The notes below the pieces were generated by a model. That model had not been told where the DNA came from. It saw only the letters and a program-made list of their open reading frames with translations, and ran no database searches. From an uncultured archaeon (GTDB lineage Archaea; Asgardarchaeota; Thorarchaeia; Thorarchaeales; Thorarchaeaceae), in the NCBI GenBank assembly GCA_964558645.1, contig CAZLEV010000001.1, forward strand, positions 381,568 to 445,567: a stretch of 64,000 bases of DNA. The letters run 5' to 3'. Position 1 is the first letter of the stretch; every line of letters begins with the position of its first letter. Shown here in pieces: positions 20,901 to 28,600 of this stretch. Position numbers and translations under genes: made by a program.

Positions 20901-22644
20901 GAACCATCCAACTTCCTGCCGAAGAGTTGCTGCCTGCGAGGTTGAAGAAGGGCGTGGTTGCATAACCTGTTCCATCTGCAGTGGCATTGACAGAGTACAT
21001 CTTGACTCCAGCAGGGTCGTAGATTGTGATATTGACAATGGCGTCTTGGAATGTGCTCCCAACATAAGCACGGACACGGGTGCTATTTCCTGCCCTCAAG
21101 TCAGTCGTCCGTTTCCAAGAGGTATCATTGGGATCATATAACTCCAAATCTTGAATCATGTTGGGCGCTGACGAGCGAATTCTCCAGTAACCGTAGCGAC
21201 CTGCCTCTGTAGCTACATCATAAGCTGATACATTGAGATAGCCGTTTCCGGGCTGACCGCCATTCCATCCAGAAGTGAGGTTTGTCGACGGCGCTAGGGG
21301 TTTCGCTACGAAGAACACATCTCTATTCAGAGGAATCGTCTGATTGAAGTAGTATCTGTTGACGTAGCCCGTTGGAATTGCGGCATAGAAATAGGTCGTG
21401 TAGTTCACTTCAGTTGCATTCTGCACCACATATCTCTGCCCGTAAGAATTGGGACTTATCTCATATACCGTGGGTATATCAAGGCGTCTTGCAAACATGT
21501 TGCTCTCGACATCGAACTCAACGATTATCTTGCGATTCGGGTCTGGGTTGGTTGGTGTTGGACTCCATGTGAAGTTGAGCACCACAGGATCATCGGTCCA
21601 AGGTGAATCAGCCATCTCGGTTACATAACCGGAACCGTATCCCGGGGCAGAGCTGACACTGATACCGTTCATTGCAAGACTCACGTCAGAAGGTGCTGCT
21701 CTTGTCTTGACATAGAGTTCGAAGTTGTCAACTTTGGCTCTTGGTCCAATCTCGGGGTCATAACCCACAGATGCCTTACTCCAGAGTCCTATCTCGACGT
21801 TAACATCCTGGTCTGCAGGTAGACTGAATATGTCAGGGGAAACATCGGTGAGTCCCGAGTCATACCATGTTTCTTCAGCATCTATGTCGGTGAAGACCTT
21901 CTGCCAGACCTGTGAACCTTCAATGTTCAGATAGACGGCAAATGAGCCGGTCATTCCATAGTGGGTATCATCTTGGGTATCAGCCCAGTAGTCTGTTCTG
22001 AATGCGGCCCATACAACTTGCCCTCTAGGTATGGACATGGTCTGGGTCACATAGGCACGGTCGCCTTGATCATAGTAGAACGGTGCACTCGCTGAGTTGG
22101 AATCTATCTCGAAGTCGAAGGTACCATCTCCCGCCCCACGACCCGATGAGTTGTATGATGATATTGGTGTGCTGTATGAACCGACGTCCGTCAAGCCTGC
22201 CGTCCAGTCTGAGATGGTCGGTTCGCTGTTGAAATCCCAGTTCCTTACCCAAGACCTGTTCTCTGTCAACTGGGATATCTGTGCTTCAACACGGTATCCT
22301 TCCCACCCGCTTCCGGTAGGAACACTGACGTTTGTTCCTGTTGTAGTGTTCGATGCAAGATACGTCATCAGCTTGTTCCGGAAGTGGTCTGTTGCATTCC
22401 CGAACTCACTACTGATCAGCGGATCTGTAGTACCTACCCATTCCAGACTACCTTGTTCGCTAACGACGAATTTGTGAAGCAACTCCCCAGGCTCCACGTC
22501 AACAGTCTGTCCATTGCCAACATCCACAGGAATGCCCTTGGTGAGATCAGGTTCAATAGCTGATAGGCTATTCAGATTTGAGAGTATTGGGACAAGGAAC
22601 AGGAATACAACTGCGAATGTTGGGATTAGTCTGCGTCTATTCAT
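14905..22644 (-). CDS. Giant membrane-anchored cell-surface protein A (2579 aa; Ig-like repeat stalk, single TM, cytoplasmic tail)
   Basis: N-terminal signal peptide. Many ~100-120 aa beta-rich repeats (Y.D...G.I..A....W...G.G.Y.I..T), abundant N-x-S/T sequons, TM YGSIGLILFAALLFLY, then a ~190-aa charged helical tail. Confidence 0.9.
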   Translation of the reverse strand: MNRRRLIPTFAVVFLFLVPILSNLNSLSAIEPDLTKGIPVDVGNGQTVDVEPGELLHKFVVSEQGSLEWVGTTDPLISSEFGNATDHFRNKLMTYLASNTTTGTNVSVPTGSGWEGYRVEAQISQLTENRSWVRNWDFNSEPTISDWTAGLTDVGSYSTPISSYNSSGRGAGDGTFDFEIDSNSASAPFYYDQGDRAYVTQTMSIPRGQVVWAAFRTDYWADTQDDTHYGMTGSFAVYLNIEGSQVWQKVFTDIDAEETWYDSGLTDVSPDIFSLPADQDVNVEIGLWSKASVGYDPEIGPRAKVDNFELYVKTRAAPSDVSLAMNGISVSSAPGYGSGYVTEMADSPWTDDPVVLNFTWSPTPTNPDPNRKIIVEFDVESNMFARRLDIPTVYEISPNSYGQRYVVQNATEVNYTTYFYAAIPTGYVNRYYFNQTIPLNRDVFFVAKPLAPSTNLTSGWNGGQPGNGYLNVSAYDVATEAGRYGYWRIRSSAPNMIQDLELYDPNDTSWKRTTDLRAGNSTRVRAYVGSTFQDAIVNITIYDPAGVKMYSVNATADGTGYATTPFFNLAGSNSSAGSWMVQASTNDLAANGEWQNTGFFRRPFTVTHSSELVISYPDDAVGTWTTNVTFGDLVLLIVEANDTDSDILVPGGNLQYSWYDGADSFDDSGNGEYTKVLDTSMLPGKGQYDVDLTWSKSSYDAAQATITLNVNYASTLESPQYPGISGAIGSDQSFNVSFKNVNGTGIVGALVTSNWSQSYTVTEQGLGVYRIDLDSSTVPLDEYPVLVQANAPFVEIAEMVIYVEVREIYNRVSYSANRLSIPVGESDSFTLTWFDSELDVPITGGASYITCNWTPFHESGEQNYTVVEIDDGVYEITIFTEDDDEITGTDEFYNVEFNVRRQNYQNHTFSIGVQVRSHNTLFVLDSPVEQTPYGQSIIVLVEYRDTDLGTGINNNSGNVQISVSSSGVLDLLYSVSESSLGEGHYNITIASDQWGSIGWKDLTIEAKWIGAVEKYYNQTILTEVRVLGTATDLYLEQAPTATYYLNNFTFTVVYYDAVNGTRISNASTGDVWLRITTITSGHSVAQNDFEVTELVGNPGTYRFSLDSSRFGLVGTFKFQIDFEWSEGVSPLYENKTLTVSLIILERPTYVDYSSADITPYGEDAYFQFGYIDSLTSVRIENSSSLSISLNEGGVIYSLNYDSGTRTFTIAIDTATLGGTGTFTLHLNLSWVGEPYYTSISSKSFGITVTLRSTQLTHLSFTPPQWGNDVSIEFVYTDLIAGSSSGMTGNLMLNTTLEGWYTVTGLGNGHYMVKLNTSFSTTGIFIINATIVYNGTNFAADAGEILSLSILDRVTQLGYDSPDPAPYGTNVSFTVSYSDDTTGTQISGAAVLVSCDDSTDSLEPGVNYWFTDIGNGDYLIRIETQALGGLATYSLNVTLSWSGEPYYATSGRFINARVVERPTQILITQTPGETPFEENVTFSFRFTDYLTGQVISINKTHITLFHGPTSTIITSAEYSLDMTEDVYHISLKSTVLDSENLVTAHEIRLLVNKSGVEPYYASREKTTQATTTERPTQILFPLVDETPLLSNITVEFEFVDYLSDAGIENASATISFTNLTSATYYLEEIGEGTYRILIPTSQFGGAGVIFFNITMGKTGIPFYSNRTTTDVPATIRLIQTALSAEAPPLGSLPLGDIHRVNVTFTDADHGGVLSDALVTTNWEALYATEVTITETAAGIYQIAINTTGLIAQKYPFEIQAQLENYSTGIASVTIQPGALTVEIVMDRTTYYADWGSMVHIIIEVEEPYHGTLVPGMDAVLVWNDTEYTFSDNEDGTYELYLNTRDNDYGTYQPQITVSREFYQTRQRTFTLSVSRGTGQIVLEQSILNVVTDTNLVFWVYLNDTGRNEPVTADEVSIEWNGTDYLVPNNGTPGFYIVSLNMSGFPLGEYELIVRAIETNFAFLETSVDINIVPVPTRLQIDEDITHLTVYYGSSIVISVDYMNEDNNQKILGANLTYTLGTLSGELIEQPDGSYRANINTTPIGSQTLYLRLTASREGYSTSQLRSLASIVPLPTKFETDTSTQSGYHGYNVTYSLYLNDTYNNQPVVGAELVVIWDGGSGLVTDDANGTYTVTVFINVTVPRNYEIQIQGSLDNYDTASIRLILAMARTPAHVEGTESLSIPIGEGTSAVLTVVNDLTQVTISDVNGLAFFEGIGQAELTQLGNGSFVLNVPSDLPIGLYTIEVSFTGTMYSVPVHTIDLDVRRIRTTLMVSNTTVQTIPGSAIQVTITYWDLDHGVGIENVVPDVSFGTGSLTYYPDRLQSLGNGTYILLLQVNEAGTFIMSVAFTKELYETQSIQFEIRSDPSAAQVLTQALTTYGSIGLILFAALLFLYVRIWSVPKLVRVMNAMIRKLARGGVPKPADVPSRRKTILQIANEELRPSGVTKTLEEVEGETIRAIVPEVDELLKRLAEITGLGDEEIEAFRLDLARMKPSERPGFIKEVIIQEEARRADELAGVEELEVKEELTLGDLPEELQDLKMKLEKKGMSSDEIDTILEEAENLSKADLKALLESLGIDID

Positions 22645-25600
22645 TCTGCATCCCCTCCTAGTTGGTCAAGAAGAGCATCTATCTCCGCTTTGGAGAGGTT
22701 CCTAGCTTGTTCTATCATCAGTTCGGCTTCTGCTCCGTCAATGCCCATCTCAACGAGTCTCTCCCGTAGATGATCCAGTTCTTCCTCGGTGAGTTTCCTC
22801 TCTAGGTCTAGTGTTTCCTTCTCTGGTTCGGCAAGTTTCTCTGCCTCCACAATGTCCTTGGCACGTCGTGCACGTTCTTGTTTTAGGACTTCGCTGATGA
22901 AGCCTGCACGTTCACTGGGCCTCATCTTCTCAAGATCTCCTCTTAGCGTGTCTACATCTTCAGGTGCCAATCCGACAACAACAGCGAGCTCTTTCAAGAG
23001 TTCTTCAATATCAAGAATGGATATGTCAACGGTTGAGGGCGCAACATCGGCCGACCCTTTCACAACTCTCACCGGCCGCAAATCCTCGTTCATCATATCA
23101 ATGATCACCTGTTTTCTGTTACGGACAGGAGCTGGCTCAGGTATCTTCCCTCTAGATAGCTGTCGGACCATCGCTCTGATTCTCCTCAGCATCTTGGGAA
23201 CTGACCAAACCCGAATGTAGGCTGCTGCAAAGGCGACAAGGCCAAGAATGGCAAGCGCCAGATAGCCGAAGCTTGTATAGAGGGCCTGTTGCTCAGGACT
23301 GAGTGTGACGTATACGATACCAGAATACGTGCTGGACTCGTAGTTGGTCTTGTTCAGTTGAATCCTGTACTCGTAACCCTGCACGTTAGTTCCTACGAAA
23401 GCGAACACATACGTGCCATTCCCGAAGTCGATAGATGATTCTGGCAATACCTGAAGTGATGTTCCAGATGTTGAGTTGACAGCCATGGGAATCCCTGTTT
23501 CATGGTCGACATCCCAGTATGTTACTCTCACGAATACTGTCTGACCTGAGAATACTGTGCCCGGCGGAGGTGTGACTTGTAGTTCAGTCCTGATCTGTCT
23601 GATAGTCATCTCCACAATGATCTCTCCCCTACTGTAGTTCCCCCGAGTGAATGTAACTCGTATTATGTATGGATTCTCGCGAACGTCGAGTGACTGAATA
23701 CCTGACTCAACGGCCCCGAATCGGTATGACCCATTTCCTAGGTTTGTGAGTGGGTCGGCACCGAATTCCCAGATCGCAGTTGCCGTAGCATCTGTGACTA
23801 GAACGTGGTTCAAGGTATCATTGAATTGGAACAACTGTGTGTAGTCATCACTTACAGGGATGTCAACCTCTAGTGTTCCTATCACTTCTGTTGGAATGGG
23901 CAAGACTCGCAGTTTCACCGAGCTATAACCAAACTCATAGCGGGTCTTCTGGAATGAAACAGATATGTCGTATGGAATGATACCCGCTTGAACTAATGAG
24001 GTATCCAGGGTGAAGGAATAGGTGCCGTTTTCTCCCTCAAGAAGTATTCCGGTGTAGTCGCCAATGGTAAATGATGTTGTTGCATCTTCAACACTCATTG
24101 AATTTGTCTCATCCCAGAATGAAAACGAGAATGTCGCCAATTGTCCGTAGTAGACGTCTTGAGAAGCATCAGTGAGGATCTCAACTGTCGTCCGAATCCT
24201 TGTGACTGTTAGTGTGAATTGGAGTGACGCAGAAGCATACCCGTCTTTGGTGCTTGACACTCTCAAGATGTACTCTTGGATGGCTAATTCGGTCGTGTTC
24301 ACCAGAGCGTAATACCACCCATCCTCAATCTCGGAGAGATTACCGGAGATGCCTGATATGCTGTAGATCAGGTTGGCACCTGTTACCCCCGTGCCAAGAT
24401 CTGTATTGTTTAGGTGGACAGTGATATTCGCAAGAGCTCCTGCAACGGCGCTTAGCACTGTCCGTCCGTCAACGGGTGTGATTTCTGTATTTATCTCTCG
24501 AACCTCAATCGTAAGCTGGATGCTGATACTCTTGTAGTTTGTAGAGGTTGCTTGGACTTGAATCTGATAGTTGCGTATACTAACTCCTTCGATTGTGAAA
24601 TGGCCGACATATCTTGAGAGGGTGGAGTTCCAAATCAAGATGCCAGAGCCTCCCGTCCAAGCAAATGAAAGCGAGCCGTCTGGGATGACAGTGTCATTGG
24701 CTTGGATTAGGTATTGCGCTTCAATAGTGACATTCTGCCCATTCACGACCACCAATTTGTCGAGAGCCCCGGTAAGACGGGCGGGAACCTTGGATATTCG
24801 TACTTGGAATTCCCTCTGTCTAGATTCGTAATTGGCGAGAGCGAAGCTTATCGAGAGCGTGTATTCTCCTGCGTTATAGGCCAGCGTCGACAGATTCAGT
24901 GAGTAGGCACCGTTTTCGATCTCGATCATCGCAAACGTGTCTGACAGGACCGTTAGGTTGACGTTTCCGCCAACAACACCAGTGCCATTTCTTGCATTCG
25001 TGACGTTTACATTGATTGTGACAATTGTTCCCCATTCTGGACTCTCGGGATGAGCATCCAAATCGATGTCAACAGGAAGGGCTGCCAGAACTATGTCCGC
25101 CGTTATCGTCCTGTTGTAGTGGAGATATGATGAAGCATATACTTCGAAGGGGTACTCTCCAGCATCTAGAGGCCGTGTGTCAATGGTGAGGTAGTATACT
25201 CCACCGACGCCTTCTAGTATTGTGGCTGTAGAGCCGTAGAGTGACTGCCAGTTTGTCGTGACATTTGCTCCTTCGATACCAAGACCTGTGTTTATGCTTG
25301 TGAAAGTAACATTCGCCTCAAGGGTGTCGCCAAGATAGTATGTAACACCTGTTGGAACAACAAGAGCGAGCTCTGTTGACACGGGATTCAATGTGATACT
25401 GAATGACAGTTGGGTCTTATTCTGATAGAAGGGGGTTCCCAACCAGGTGAAGTTCGCAGAAAAGCGATACTTGCCGAGGGTTGGAAACTCGGTTGTGTTT
25501 ATCCTAACTTCATAGGATCCGTCAGCACCGACGAGAACCCAGTACTCGATTACTGACACATTCGAACAAGATACTGTGACTTCGGCTCCGGATATCCCGT

Positions 25601-28600
25601 TTCCTGTCAGATAGTCCGTGTATTTCAAAACGGCGGTTGCATTGTAGAATATGTCTGCAGGGGGAGTTGAGAGAACACTGGCTTGAGTGAGCCTCTGGGT
25701 GATAGTTGCTTCTGTGGAGGTACTAGAGTTGGCATAGAATGGTATTGAATCGCCCCAGAAGAACTTGACAGAGACTGGATGTTTGCTTACCAGTTCGGAT
25801 ACGAGCAACGTGGACTGGATCGAGATCGAGTATACCCCATTGGTGCCAGAGAGTGAGTACTGGCTGCTGGTGAGCGTTTCGCCTGCTCCATGGCCGAGAA
25901 GGAGTTCCAGTTTGCTCAGGGATATCCCCGAACCATCGAGATCATCTGTGACTGTTATTTCGAATGTGACGTTCGAAAGATATGGGGTGTTGAGTGGCGA
26001 TTTTGATATGGTAATCGTTGCGGGTCGGCGAGATACCTCTACTTCAGCTGTTCTGGTTCTATTCTGGTAGTACGGGCTCCCGGTATAGCTTGCTTCAATC
26101 GCTATAGAATAAGTGCCGAATCCGCCAAGTGCCTCAGTAGAGATTCTGACTCTGTACTGACCATCTCCAAGATAATCAACGAAGTAGTTCACACCCAGTT
26201 CTAGGGGTTCATAAGATGAACTGCATGATGCAAGGATGGTCGCATCTGGTATACCTTCGTCGGTGTTATCATCAGAGTACGTTACTGTGATGTTTGCCTG
26301 TGTGAGATAGGGTGCCAGATCTGGAAGGTCACTCGTTAGTTGTGCCCTTCTTCTTGTGACCGTGAGATAGAAGTAGTCGCCTGCGTCCTGACAGTATCTG
26401 CTTCCGCCGTAAATGATGGTCACATTTATTGTGAAAGTGCCCAATGTTTCCAATGCACTTGTGTTAAGGACGACTGTGTAGGTTCCGTCCAGATTGTCAT
26501 AAGATGTGTAATTTCCCTCGAGTGAGGCATCAAGCGTGAGAGTGCCTCCCTGCATGCCCGTACTGGTGAAGTCATCCAAGTCTGTGTAAGTGAATAACAG
26601 GGTAAGATTGTTTGCAAACTGTATCGGCCCATATGCTCCGTGAGTGAGCTCAGTGAATCTTTCTCTCACTGTGATAGGAATCTCTACAGATGTTCTGTTT
26701 TGGTAGAAAGGCTCGCCAGTCCATGTGAAATTCAAGTGGAATGAGTGACTTCCGGGTATCCAAGAAGAGGTATCAATCTCTATGAAGAATGTTCCAGTTC
26801 CATCTCCTTCGTAGTAAATGGTGTATCCTATTACCTCTTGAATCGAAAGGTAGAGGGTCGATGCATTTAGAATTGCCTCTCCTAATAGAACATCCCTGTA
26901 GACTACGGTCAGGTTCACGAGCTCATCATATGGCACTGTAGGAAGTGGTGTCCAGTCAACATTAGTCTGCCGCTGTGTCGTATAGACCGTGATTATGAGG
27001 GTCTGATTCTCGTACAGCGGGAGTTGACCTTTTGTCCAGTTGAACTGAATCCGCAAGTCGCAGGAAATGAGCCCACTGAGATAGGATGTGTCGAACTCGA
27101 TCTGGTACTCTCCTGGATTATTGACAGGATCGAGTTCCGTTATGACCATGAGGCCTTGAGATAGGGCCTGGCCAGCTGTCAACACATCGATGTATAGGTG
27201 AACATTGAATGGATATGAGCCAGTTGCGTTCACTATCCCCGTGTCATTTGCGACATCGTAATATATCACGCTGAATGTGAGATTCTCTCCGTATGGTGTC
27301 ATGACTGGATTTTGTCCAATGAAGATGTCAGTCGGGGTACTCGTGATTCTCACACTTGTTGTAACGGTCTCATTGGAGAACTTGACTGTAGGTCCAGTCC
27401 AGTTAGCGTAGATGATCAGGTCTTTTGTTCCAGTGGAACCCCACTGGCTTGCAGGTAGTGATATAATGTATTCTCCTGATTGGGTTCCATTCGCCACATC
27501 ATAGATGATTGATGGGAACCCTGGGCTCTCAACGTATATCAAGGCATTAGAGCCAACAATCCCGGTATCCGCATCTACGTCATAGTAGACAACAGATATG
27601 ACAACATCTGCTGTGTACGGTGTCGGGTCGATTGGGTTTGTAAGATAGAATGATGTGAGATGGGTTCTAAGCTGCACCTTCACATTGAACGTATGATTTT
27701 GGGCGCCGTATTTCTTAACATTGAACTCCACTGTGTACGTGTCAAGAATGTCATCATCCAGCGAGTACAGATCGACACGATAGACTCCGGGTGTGGCCGT
27801 TTCTGTGACATTGTAATCATCGAAGGTATAGCCATGGAGTGCTGACCAGTTGCAAGTTATGGCATCAGCTGAGTCCGTGATTGGCTGGTCATGATCCGTG
27901 TCAGTATAGGTTATGGTGAATGAGGTTGTGTATCCCACTGGAAGTGACAGCTGGCTTGTTGAGGGAATGGCCGATGTAAACAACTCGCGTACTTCTAGAG
28001 AGAGGACAATCGTGCGTGATTCGTAGTAGTCCTTTGCGGCAGTGATGGCAACATCATACTCGCCGATGCTGACTCCGTCAGTGCCCAGTGTCAGAGTGTA
28101 ATAGCCCGGATTTCCTGTCTGTGGTGCTACGGAGTAGCTGTCATGTGTCCAATCCGTAGTGATCTGTGCGTCAGTTATGGGGTCCCCTTTTTGGTCCTTG
28201 AACTGCACTGTCATCTCGGCGTCGTAACTCATGGGAACGTCTACTCCTGGAGCATCAGGAGAGAGAAGGTCCGTAGTGTAGATGGCGTTGATGATGAAGT
28301 TTCTCGACAATGGGTCATAGAAGTCCTTGTTCCACTCGAGAGAGACGTTGAACGCACCGTTTGATGCAAGCTCTCCCGTGTCCAGTGTTATGCTATACTC
28401 TCCCGTTCCCAGATCATTCATCGTTCCCGACCCGGCAGCCCAAGAGTAGGTCATAACACCCCCGGCAAGCAGATCTGTGTTATCAGCATCTTGGACTCTT
28501 AGCTGCAGAAGAATCAGGTCACCATGAGTCACATTTTTCGTCCACGTTGCTGCAGACCCAACTGGATACTTAACGCTCATGTCAGTGGAGTGTGTTACGC

